Part shown: positions 11,601 through 23,753 of the stretch, one piece after another
Layout: every line of letters begins with the position of its first letter
Position numbering within the stretch: the stretch's first letter is position 1
From: Lingula anatina
Lineage: Eukaryota; Animalia; Brachiopoda
DNA: 64,000 nt
Direction: 5' to 3'
Assembly (NCBI GenBank): GCA_051362555.1
Contig: CM120640.1
Span: 10,354,001-10,418,000 of the forward strand
The notes under the pieces: model-generated
What the model was told of the DNA's origin: nothing
What the model saw: only the letters and a program-made list of their open reading frames with translations
The model's database searches: none
Program-made: the position numbers and the translations under genes

Positions 11601-14600
11601 CCCACAAACATTTCCCAAAGCTCACAAAGTGCCACTTTTAGTAAAAGGAATGTAACTTTGTTTTCTGAATATTGGAATCCCCCAGGTTTACTTAGCAGCA
11701 CTGACAATAAGTTTCATGGAAGTCAAGATTTAGATGCTTTTTCCTTACACTCGATTGAAACAACCACCAGTTTTCACACATTTTCAAAATATGCAGAATT
11801 TAGTATGGATGTAAATTCTCAGATTGAAGAAAGGAAAGGAAAGAATAATGGAACATCAACCACAAGTGCTGAAACAGTAAGGGACTTTAACCAAATTTCA
11901 CAGCACCTGTCTACAGCGTTTCAAGAAGAAAGTTCTGGAGGTGGAAACAAATCATTGGGAATGACCCTCAGTCCACCTGTTTCACCAGAGAGTGGTCCTA
12001 ATGACTTGGGGTTGACCACAGTGGTTGACCATAACAACATGGCCACAACAGTTTACAGAAGTGCAGTTGATTATTTTCATTCACCAGTGTCTGACCCTGT
12101 GGTTTTTGGGCAGCAGACCTCCCTTCCTGTGAGACTAGATCTAGAGGAAGAAAGCCCTGAAGTAAAGCCAGCTGCCTCAGAAAGCAAATCAGCAAGTTTT
12201 AAAACATTTGCCACACCTTTCTCAACAGCAGCAATCCAGTCAGTTGTAGAAATAACGACCCATTCTGTTCATTCAGAATTGATGTCACAGGAAAATGAAG
12301 AAGGGAACAATGATTATAAAAAAACCTTAAGTATGGCTAGTGCAATAAAAGTAATGATTTCAAGTTCTGTTACACCTGATATATCCAAGCTGATATCTAC
12401 TTCACTTCCTGTAACTACCAGTTCTTCAATATTACCTCATAGTTCCGACAGCATGTTGCCTCACTTGGAGGATTTCGATAAAAAATCTTCTCCAGTTTAC
12501 AATCAAATAAGCAGTGCCTCAGAGTCTTATTGGTCTGTAGCAACAGTTGCTGAAAGTATTTCAAGTTTTCATACAGCAAGAGAAATTCTCCATGATGTGC
12601 CTGAAACTGATGAGTCTTCACTGATACAATCAGCACCTAAATCCTCATTATTTAAGGCTTTGTCGGGATTTGATGTGATATCTCAAAGCACTGAGAGTAG
12701 ATTATCAGCAGGGCATGTTTCATTACCATCTACAATATTACCGTCATTGTCTGGTTTGGAGCAGAGTGACTTACAATCTAGTGAAACTAAAACAGGATTT
12801 CTAGACAGTCATTATACAGGTTCACTAAGAATACCAATAATGAAAGTTAGCAGCAATTTTGAAAAGGGTTCAACTGCGTCATACACACATCCAATCAGTC
12901 TTATGGAACATGATTTTTATACATTCCTAGCTTCTAGGTCACGTGCACTTAAATCAGGACAATCAACTACTGTCCAGTTGCTTGAGCCATCACATCTTGA
13001 AGCAATTGGAATCTCAACAACTGCAATGAACAACTCTGCATCTACAATTTTATTTCACAGTACTGGGATGTCTTTATTTGAGAGTGATGTGACATTGCAT
13101 CATTTAAACAGTTTACATCAATCACATGTGTCTTCAAGAAATACTGCTTACTTAACTTCCACATTGGAAGGTTCAGTCAGTAGCAGTGATCTAATTTCAA
13201 GTCTTCCAATGCAAACAGTTGAAAGTGTTTCAACACAGTCTATTTTAACAGTGTCTTCAGACAGTTTCACTGAAAAATTTACATCTGTGCCTATACATTC
13301 AGCAAAATTGATAGACACTCCATCAGTAGTAAGGTCAGAAGCAGGTTCATTTCATACAGAAATTGAACATGGATCATTAACTTCCAGCTGGATACCAGAC
13401 TTCCATCATGTCTCCAATACAATCTCTGATCTGGTTCTCAGCTCACTGAAATTCACTGCTTCTGAAACAATCTCAGCCCAAAGAACAGAGACTGGAAGTG
13501 AATCTATATCAGGGACACCCTATGTGCCAATTACAGAATCTGTATTTGTAAATACTAGTAAATTACCAGATGCCACTCAAACCAACACTGCACCAGTGTA
13601 TTATACTACACAATTAAAATTCACAGAGGAAATGCCTCATAATATATCCATGGATACAGTAAGATATATATCCTCATCCGACAGTTTGTCAGATTTACCA
13701 GTAGAAGGGATGCATAGCAATGAAAAAAGTTCACCACTTTTAAGCAGCAGTGTTAGTGATAATTATATAGTTTCAAGTTTATCTGTTTTGCCTGGTTTTT
13801 CATCAGTGATAGGGGACAACAATGACCTGTTATCCCCTCTGAAAAGCACAAGTAGCTTTGTTCAGGAATATACCAGTAGCAGTGTTCAGCCATCTGGCTC
13901 CTTATTCTCAAATGTTCTTCCTTCTTCAACAAGTAATTTATTCGTTGGAGAAGCAGGTTCAACACCAACACTTTTTTTAAGCAGTGGTTCAGTTTTGTTG
14001 ACAACATGGCCAGCAGACATTGTACATCAGTCAACATTGGAAGATTCCACACAGGAAATTGAATCAATTCCAAATGCATCCATCACAAAATCAGCTGTGA
14101 TATCTATGGAAATTAGCCAATATTTTAATAATTTAACAAAAGTTGACTTGCCTTTAAGTGGTAGCAAAGTAGAAAGTTTAGACAATTCAGTGCCTTTCCT
14201 GTCAGATATCACTTCATCATCATCACTACTGTTTTCATCATCATCATCATCATCGATATACAACATTTTGTTCACTGGCACAATTGCTGATGGCAGAAGT
14301 TCATCTGATTCTCATGTCAGTAGTATTTCTGTGTTAGACATAATTAGTGCTCCTAGTATGTCAACTGATTTAGAACCAGCACAAAGTGATGGGCTGAGAG
14401 ATGCTTCTGTTAATGCAAATTCTAATGAAAACACATTAATTCATACTAGTAGTGTGTTGAAGTATGTCACAACTTCCATAGTTTCAAGTAATGAATTGTC
14501 ATCAGAAGCTGTGTCAGTTGCATTGTCCAGGGGTAATGAGTTAAATTATAGTTCATTGCATCATTATTCTAGTAGTATGTTAAGTGATGTCAGTTCAACA

Positions 14601-17600
14601 ACTTCACAAAGTGCTTCACTAAATACCTCATCTAATGCTTCAATTTTTGGGGTTACTTTAGATGACCTGTCTACTTCCTCAGCAAGTGAAGTAATCACAG
14701 TTTTTGGAAGTAGTTATGTAAGTCCAGTTATTCCCCCTAGAAAGCCATCTGAAGTCAGTGTTATTTCTCCAGTTATTTCATCTGAAAATTTAGGCCATTC
14801 AGAGATAATGTCTGTTACCTCAGTATTTGATTTTAGTTCAGAATCTTCTATGAATTCTGTACTTGATAGTGTGAAACAGGGCACCTCTTTCAGCCCATTG
14901 GCACCCTCTAAAGAAGAATTATATGATCTCAGTTCATCTTTGAATTTAATTGATGGGGCAGAAATATCAAAAGGGGTTGTTTTGCCTTCTGCATCGGATT
15001 TTACTATTTATCTAACATCCTCAGAGCAGTATAGCCCAACTTTATTAGTGGATGTGTTCGGTTACTTTGCTACTGTGATCTCATCTTCATCAACGGCAGA
15101 GGTGTTTGAATCAACCTCAGTTTTGACACAGAGAATCTCTTTGTCAGCAACTTTGATAAGTGCAGAAATCTTAGGAGGAACATTGGCAACACTTGAAGCG
15201 CCTGAATCATCAGCAACAGGAACATCCCTTACAACAGTTTCTGCAATACCCAATACAGGATCTCCATCAACAACACCACCTGCAGTGATAGTCACTATGT
15301 CCCCAGAGGCAGAGGAGAACCGCATGGTTCTTACACTGCATATCCCATTCACAGAGATGGTTTTAGAAGGGGAAAAATTGATAAGGGAAATTGAGAAAGG
15401 TACCTTTGTTATTTTTGAAGTAATTTAGTATGATTGATCAATTTTTTATTTCTGTGTTCTTTTTTATTTTTAAACAATTGAGGCTAGAAATGACAAGGAA
15501 ATTACTACAAACTTTTAATTGATTCATGAGTTAGACTGTCTATCAGTATAATACTAATATGCTGAGTATCTGAACGTTTTTTCTGACTAGGACTTGTGAT
15601 AAGCTATCACCTAGCAGTGAAGAAAGTAAATCATAGCCGAAGCAAACGACAGGCTGGTCCAGGGACTTCGCAGGATGTAGAAGTTCATGTAAGAACTCTT
15701 TTTTTATTGCTTTTGTTATAAAAATAAAAATAAGTGGTAGATTATTTTTCTTTCTTACATTATATTTAAGAAAATGGGAGCATTAATGAATTATACTTGT
15801 TTTCACCCTAATCTTTGAACTTTTTTCGTTTGATTTTAGATAACAGAAGTAAAGAATGCCACCAACAGTAATTATAACGATCTTGTAGATGTTATATTCT
15901 ACATGACAAAGAATGGCAGTGTCATGAAATCAGACCACATAGAGAAGACATTTAACAAACTGAGCAACTCTGAATTGAGTCTCAAAGTTGGATATGCAGT
16001 GAGTGCTTCATTTTCTTTGAATATATTACACAAGAATATGGGGCTGATCTTCAGTCATTTTTACTAGAGAGCACTCCAAGAACACAGAATTCTGAAAGGA
16101 AAAAAGGGAATAAAAATTGCAGTTGAAATCAGTCACTATTGTCCTGAAAATTGCTTCAAAATTTGTGAAAGTCTTCTTAAGATATCTTATCCACTATGAA
16201 ACATGCCAATGAAAACCTGACCTAGTAATGGTCACATTGTGCTCAAGGGTTAGGTCTTTTAATTTGTTTACTATTATTAAATGTGTTAATCTAGTGTTCA
16301 GATGCTGTTCAGAAAACTGCATTCTGTTCAGAAAAATTCATGAGTTCTGATATATTTGTGAAGTACTTTTTGATATTTTTTAATTGAAAAAAGTATGGCA
16401 CTTAGTGAAGATCAAGTTTCACATACTTGTGGCAATTTAAAACAGAGTGAAGATGTTTTTTTTAGGTAGAAACAAGTGTGAGGCCTCTGGTTACCAAGAA
16501 GGAGAACCCCACAACACGTCCAAGTTGGCTAATAGCTGCCATATCCGTTCCAGTTCTGTTGGTCATCATTCTACTCCTTGTCTCAGTATACTTATGGAAG
16601 AATATGACTTGTGGTGCGGAGGATCATGTAGAGAGGGGGCCAAAGGTGTGGAACCATTTTGTACTTGTCTGATATGTAGATTATTTCATTCTGCCTCTTT
16701 AAATTTCTTATTAATCACATCTTGATAACTTTTAATGTAAAAAGGTTAAAATGTGTAATGAATATTTAATCTGTGCACTTTTATTTTGGTATTGTAATGC
16801 GCAAGTGTATTTTAACTGTGATCTTTTATCCCACAGGGAGCTAAACAATTTTTTGTCTTCAAATTGTACAAATAATATTTCATGCAAGAAGTATGTGTAT
16901 TAAAATATATTTTTACAGGAAAGTCTTGAAATGCATAATCTTGGAGTGGATGTTGAGAGAGGAGCAATTGTACAGATTGGACGTAATGGAAAGTCCCTGC
17001 CACTCCTGGATACACCCAGCGTGTCACCCATGAAACCACCAAAGGTATGTTTATAATGACTGATATACTTTAAATGTGTACCAAATGTACTTCAACCACC
17101 CTGAGCTTCAGAGCTAACTTGACACTAACCTTTTCACTGTAGCCTATCTCCATGGGGGCGTCTCGATAGTCCGAAGGTTCATTGGTCCGAAGGTTCATTG
17201 GTCCGAAAAGTGGTAACATTTTTATCGATTTTTTAATCAAGGGTTCATTGGTCCGAAGGTTCTATAGTGAACATTCGGACCAATGAACCTTCGGACTATT
17301 GAACCTTCGGACTATCGCTATGGCCCCATCTCCATCGTGTCAAGTAACCTCTGACCAGATTCGAGTGCCCCCGCCGCCCGCCAATCAAATTTAAAGCCCG
17401 CACTCAATGACTCATTGAACGATCTAGCCAATGAACGCGAACGAGTCAAAGCGCGCTTTGTTCAAATCCGGACCAATCAAAGATAAGGCTGAATATCAGG
17501 GACTTGCCGTAACCTGTGGGCAGCACGCAAAATACATCATCCCTCAGTAGATAATGATGCAGGGCATCATACTGCTCTGGTTTCAATTCCGATATACTCC

Positions 17601-20600
17601 ATGCTTTCTTTGTGTACGGTTATGCACTCGGAACCACTCGGAACTACTCGGATGTCTCCGCACTCGACAATAACTATGTTGTTAGTATGGAGCTTGCGGA
17701 ATCAGCCGAGGATTGCCGATTGACGATCAACCAATCAGCGTTTTCACCAAACTTTGGTGAAAAATTTTGAAACATGGATTCGATTGGCTTATATAAAATA
17801 GGTCAAACTATTTTCGTCAGAGGTTACTTGACACGATGGAGATAGGCTACAGTGAAAAGGTTAGTGTCAAGTTAGCTCTGAAGCTCAGGGTGACTTCAAC
17901 TGATTGTAGGCATAATTATGTTGAATAATTCACTTCATCAGTACATATCTGTTTTGAAGTCATATTATCTAAATTAAACAATAAAATCCATTGAGATGCA
18001 TTATGATCTTACTTTATTTAAAACAACAAAATTTTTAACTTGACAATTACAGATGAAAAATGAAGAAAAAGAGAAGAACTTGTGTAACTCTGACACGATA
18101 GAACATGAACACAGAATGATGAGGTCGCGGGAAATCAGTAATGTAAGTGGACGCTCGTCGAAAGGCAAACAGAAGAGGCGCATTCTAGAGGTTGAAACTG
18201 ATGAATCAGACAGAGAAAGGTAATAAAAGCACCCTTTTACCGCTTAGTTACCATTTTGAAATGATAGAAGTGATCTGATTTTGTATTTCAACAACCATAT
18301 GCAGCTTACTGTAATGTTTAAAATATTGACACAGTAACTTTCTCTGGTAATCTGGCCTGTCTATAATGATAATGCCATCTAGGTGCATTCAAATTACTTC
18401 TCTGAAACCATTGTGAGATAATATGGCAAATTATAGCTTATGCCACCCATTTGAACAAAAATCAATACAATGCACTTACAGCTAGTAGTAGTAAGATTGC
18501 CAGTGCATGTGCTACTAAATAATTGATAGCTTCCCATAAACTGTCATTTGAAATAACAAACAGCATCAATTATTTTATTACGAAATTATATATTAGAGCA
18601 CTATAATAAAACACTGTCGTCTGCTATGGTGCTTTCAAATATTGCTACTGCATAGTCTCTTTTTGGCCCAGCCGAGCCTCTTTCTGATGACAACGTAAAC
18701 AAAAGCCTATTGACATGACAACACAACACATGAGCCAGAATTAGGTCAGAACTAAGGTTGTGGTTTCACTAGTGAATTGAGATAATAAATTCCACTATTT
18801 ATGTGCTACTTTACCACTCTGCTTGTAGTTTTGAACAAGGAATATTTGATGAGTTTCTATAGAACAGAGGTGAGTGAAGTTTATTGATTGTTGTAGTATT
18901 TTGGTGTGGGGATTTGTTGGATTTTGTTATATGAATTCAGCACTTTGTGCGGAGGTTAATGGCTTTGGTACTGGAACACCTAAGTCACACTGTTTTACAT
19001 GGTGTTGTATGATTTATTACTGATATTTTGTCACTGCAGTCCAGTTTCTCTTAGATTTTCCTTCTGAAACTAATTCATTAAATTACTCTGTGCCTGTTAA
19101 CTGCCCACGTACTGCTACATAATAGTTTACTGGTTAATCCCCTCTGGGTATATTAACAGGATTGATAAGCCTCCTTAGGATATCGAAATGAAGATCAACC
19201 ACTGCATGTATAAACATCTATTTTTTACCACTTTGTATTATAATTGGTTAATCGGTGTAAGAGTGTATAGATGTCACCCTTGATGACTTTTAGGGCTCAT
19301 TCCTAATAACTTAATGGTCTAAGTAGATGGCCTCAGCTCTGCAGGGACTCTTGCTAAATGCAATCAGTTTAACAGATTAACACACTTTTTTTTTGTTTCT
19401 AATGTACTTGCATATGATCACCAGTTTTTTTTTATTCTACTTAACATCAGGAGGAGTGTCATTGAGTCAGTCTGATAGCTTATGGCAAGAGTCTACACAT
19501 AGTTTCATCAATCTGTTTAGACCGACAGTGTCATAGGAAATGAGCCCTTAGTGTCAAGTACAATGCTTTTACTCAGATTTAAGTTGAAAGATGGAAATAA
19601 TTCCATCATATAATGTTCATTTAAGGGTTAACTTTTGCATCATGGGTTGCCATTCATGGTAAATATGTATAGAGCTAGGAGCCATGTTTGGTGGGTTCTA
19701 GTGGGGTGTTATATATCCAAAAAAATTATTTCAATTCAGTATTAAGAATGTATTTCACAAAATATAAATATCAGACTTGTTTATCGTGTCATGAATATTT
19801 TTAGAAGAGGAATATTTGAATGTAAAGGGAATTGATAATTAGAAATTCTTAATATGTGTGTATATGAAATGCATCGAATTGGCAAAATTTCATGTGATAT
19901 TTTAAATGTATTTGTACCTGGGCAGTGATTTATTAGTCTTTCTATCTGACCTTTTAGTTTGCCTATGTGGCTGCTATCTTGAATGCATTCAGTAATGTAT
20001 TTGTCTAAAGTAAAGCTTTTATTAACATGTCAAGTTTTTGGTATTAACAGTTGATCAGCTATCTTGCTGCTCTTGTTTGGGAAAATATTATTCATGCACA
20101 AGTGTCGGCTGTCATTGTTTTTAGTAAAAATTGCTGGCAGGCATGTTCTTTCTGTATTTTTTGTTACACTGTAGTTTTGTGTGGGGATCCTTGTGAAACT
20201 ACCTTGAGTTTCAGGTCTGTCAGTACCAGCTTATTCATCTTCAAATCTTAGTCTTCCTATGTGCATGTACATTTGTCCACCAAGTGGGCATATGAAGGAA
20301 AATAAGTTGGCCTGGGTCAGATATGAAACTCAGACTGAATGTATGAGAACTTTGATATTTTAAGATTTAAGTTAAATATTGGTCAAATTAGTTTCTAATT
20401 AATTTTCATTTGTAACAGAAGGTAGTTTATAGTAAATGAGACAAGCCTCTAGATTTCCATATCTTAATCAATATTCCAGCCAAACATCCTCTGCTTCTTC
20501 AAGAGAAGGTGAATCGGACAGGGAGCTAAGCAGGCAGGACACCAAAGAAGTAAACAGAGCATCGCATTCAAAGACTGCAAAGTCTCGTAAGAAAAGTAAA

Positions 20601-23179
20601 GGGAAGAGAAGACTCCCGCCCTTGAGACCAAAGAAATCCTCTAAGGTGGCACCACTGGTAGTGAAGTCTGCCCTGACCACTTCTCATGAAAGTCTAACAT
20701 CTGATGCGGGAAATATGGATGAAGAGGTATAACAGATAGCAATGATTATGGTGCTTCCTTACACTGGTCTGAACTATTAATTTATGAGGGTTTTTTTGAA
20801 GAAGCTAGCTTATAGCATATATTTTCAAAATATAATAATTATAACAAATGTATGAGACACATGTTGATATTTCAAAGGACCAATTCAATTATGTATGTCT
20901 ATTTGGATTTTTTGTAAAATTACCGTCTTTTCCTCCAGGCAGAGGTTCATGAGGCAGCAGTTTTTGAAAACATTGCCAAACTGAGCAGGATTGAAGAACC
21001 TCCTCCTGCCAAACCAGACCGTCCTCCTGTACGCTTTAAGAACATTATTACCCCTGCCCCAGGACCTGCTCTCACTGCATATCTGTCCTCTCTCCCACCA
21101 CTGGATATACAGGAAGAGGAGGAAGACACAGTTGCCACGGATAAGAAAGAAAGTAAAACTGGGATACCTATAAAATTGGTGGTGAGTTTTAAAGAAAAAA
21201 TGCCAAGTATATTCCATTTCTTTAATTTTCAATACCTTGAATCCAGCCCCCTGCCAACAGGCTTGTATTTATCTTAAAAGAATTTTTAGATTAAAAAGTG
21301 GTATCATGACATTCTGTAAGTAAGTGCATTTTCATGTATAGAAGTGAATGTAACTTTTTTTTTAGAAAAAGTATTTTATCTGTGAAGATTTTATAAAATA
21401 AGTATAGTTTTAAAAGTTTTCCAAGTACTACAGTGTATTTTGTCACAGAGCTGTGTGATGGGCCATTGTTAACCACAGTGGTTCTAAATATTTTAAAAAT
21501 CTCAAGCTGAAAAAAATTATTTTAGGACCCTTTCCGTGAAGAAGAACAAAATGGTAGTGACCCAGACATTACATTAAAAGAAAAGGCTGCCATTGAAAGA
21601 ATGAAAAATAAACAGAGGCATAGAGAAAAGGCAAAGCAGGTAAATACATCTGGACTAGATGTGATATTTGAATTTTCAGTTTTGTTGTATTATTTCACCT
21701 TTTAATTGACTAACATAGAATGTTAATTTTGTGAAGTAAATAGTTCTCACATCTCTGTATAAAAATCAATCAAGTCTACAGCAAAGTGGAAAATCGTCTT
21801 TCATTTTTTCCTGCATTTAAATTATAGGAAGAGAAAAAGAAAAGGAGATCAAAGAAGACCAAAGAAGAAAGGCAAGCATGGGACAAGGCACAGTCTCAGA
21901 TAGAGGCAGTATTACAGTCAGATGACCCACCTACTGTTCCTCACAAGTAAGTTACACAAACAGGATCTGTACATTTTAAAATGACAGTGGATAAATTTAG
22001 AACATACCAGAGAAGGCCTAAATACTGTGTGGGTTCAGTTTTTGCCTTGCGTCACTGACATTTTTATCAAATTGATTTTCTTCCAGAAAGCAGCATGATG
22101 CAAAGTCACAAAGACAGAACCAGTCAAGTGAGGATGAGGAAGAAATGGTAGGAGATAACCCTAGATATAACTGAAAAATTCTTTTTACATTGTAATTAAA
22201 ATTACCATATACATTAGTTGTCTTTTATAGAAATTTGACAAGTCAGAGGTTGTGGTTTTAAATTTGTTTTGTTTTTTAGATTTCTTGTATTCCATGTCAG
22301 ATTAAATTTAGTTTGTACATCACCATTTGTTGCAACACAGATATCCTTTACACTTCACAGGAAGAGAGAAAACCTACGAGAAATATGAGAGCTGGTCACA
22401 AGAAACAACCTAGGCAAGAGACAGAGTACTCTTCACGGCCATTCCTTACAAAACCTCCAGCACATGATGCATGGCAGGCAAACTCAGAGCTACCAGGGTT
22501 TACCAGGGTGGCAGCCACTCCTGCACAGCAGAAGGTGAGCACAAACAGAATTAGAGCTTTCTTTTAGGTTGAAATATAGACAAAACTGTTTCTTAGAGTC
22601 ATGGAATTGGATGATCAAATGGCTTGTAATTTTATGAAATTGAAAGAAGAATAAGGGAGTTATTATAAAGAGTATTTATTAACCTATTAACAGTAACATT
22701 TTATGTAAATATGTAATGTGTAGTATAATTATGTAACCCCTCTGCTGCAGGAACTGATGAAAAAGCAGCATTCTTTGTTGGCTAAGCAGCAGATGCAGCG
22801 AGAACAGCATGAATACAAAAAATCTCTAGAGGAGCATGCGAGGCAGCTCATCAATGAAACACTAGTGCAGCAGGATTTAGAGACTGAAAATGATGACAGT
22901 GGCAGTGACAAAGTAACCAGTAAAGCAGATCGTTCTAAAATGCCAATTCACAAACCACAGGAACACGAAGACTCTGCTGTTGAGACAATCTTGAAAGAAG
23001 GGCGTATTTTGCACAGTCGTGAAACACCAAGGCGGAATGCAGACTCCAGTCCTTTTTCTCGAGAGAACACTAAAGACTCAATCAATCGACTTAATAGAAA
23101 AGAAAGCTCATTTGATATGACATTAAAAGAGGATCTCAGAAAGGTTATACAAGATGAACTGAGAAGTCTAAATCGCTAA
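5533..23179 (+). CDS. UPF0606 / KIAA1549-like type I membrane protein (about 2549 aa, 14 coding exons)
   Basis: Phase-consistent exons: 5533-5635, 10024-15399, 15591-15688, 15840-15998, 16466-16645, 16919-17044, 18053-18219, 20453-20726 (weak acceptor), 20939-21181, 21526-21639, 21828-21946, 22087-22147, 22361-22534, 22724-23179. Total 7650 nt. Signal peptide, S/T-rich ectodomain, SEA-like segment with RSKR, TM helix WLIAAISVPVLLVIILLLVSVYLW. Cytoplasmic motifs AAVFENIAKLSR, LKEKAAIERMKNKQR, WDKAQSQIEAVL and KVIQDELRSL resemble recalled KIAA1549 motifs (SIFEHVDRISR, HKSEIEHHRNKIR, KAQMQIDKIL, KAIREEL). Confidence 0.8.
10024..15399 (+). CDS. Giant 5376-nt Ser/Thr-rich mucin-like exon of the KIAA1549-like gene
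   Basis: Corresponds to the 1799-aa ORF 10029-15428. Acceptor ttag at 10020-10023, donor AAAG|gtacct at 15400. Confidence 0.92.
16466..16645 (+). CDS. Transmembrane-helix exon of the KIAA1549-like gene
   Basis: tttag|GTAGAA...CCAAAG|gtgtgg. Encodes VETSVRPLVTKKENPTTRPSWLIAAISVPVLLVIILLLVSVYLWKNMTC. Confidence 0.88.
17097..17892. mobile_element. MITE with about 77-bp TIRs and 8-bp TSD (hAT/P-like TSD length)
   Basis: TSD acttcaac at 17089-17096 and 17893-17900. TIR caccctgagcttcagagctaacttgacactaaccttttcactgtagcctatctccat[insert]cgtgtcaagtaacctctgac is matched in reverse complement at about 17816-17892. Confidence 0.92.
17154..17327. mobile_element. 174-bp MITE nested in the left TIR of the above element (GG termini, 8-bp TSD; Merlin-like)
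   Basis: TSD atctccat at 17146-17153 and 17328-17335. Arms are built from 16-bp units (tccgaaggttcattgg / ccaatgaaccttcgga). Superfamily assignment is inference. Confidence 0.88.
19293..19547. mobile_element. Degenerate PIF/Harbinger-like MITE
   Basis: tta|gggctcattccta ... taggaaatgagccc|tta. TTA TSD, with weaker similarity extending about 35 bp inward. Confidence 0.6.
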
Positions 23180-23747
23180 ATATTTTTCTTGCCATTTAAA
23201 GAAAGCTGAACATTTGCTTTTAATGGTAGCAGTAGCTAATACCTCCTTATCAAGGTTGTGAATGTGCAATTTTTTAGATGTGATGAAGGGTCTAGGCTGA
23301 TATGAAAACTGATAAGATTTACTTTTCAGGTCGTTATTGATACAACACTTCTTAGGAAATTCAAAAAGGCACGGCTAAATCATAGAATATATGTCTTCCC
23401 ATATGTTAATATTAGTTAGTAAATTGATCTGTTTAATGCTTTTGAAAAATTTCTGCTATTGTCATGCCAACCCTAACCATACACATCCGGCATTGCTGTC
23501 TTCTCTAGATACACCCAGGTGCAGATGGGTAGAGTTCTTGATCTAGTGCAATCAATCCTTGACAATCATGTGTATAATTGACTTTTGCATTGTCATAATG
23601 ATGGAATAAGGAATTAAAGGAGCTAGAATTAAACCCAAAGAATCATGAAATCCATTCTCTTATACACACCAAATAAGGGAAGATTCCCCTGCTCAGTTGT
23701 CAACTATATGATATTGTTTGAGCAAAAAGGTCTGGATATTACATTTT

Positions 23748-23753
23748 AATAAA
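23748..23753 (+). terminator. Candidate polyadenylation signal of the KIAA1549-like gene
   Basis: AATAAA about 570 nt after the stop codon, followed by T/GT-rich sequence. Confidence 0.4.

Noticed and set aside
11270-15352. Minus-strand ORFs overlapping the giant exon
   Set aside because: Antisense shadows of a Ser/Thr-biased coding exon.
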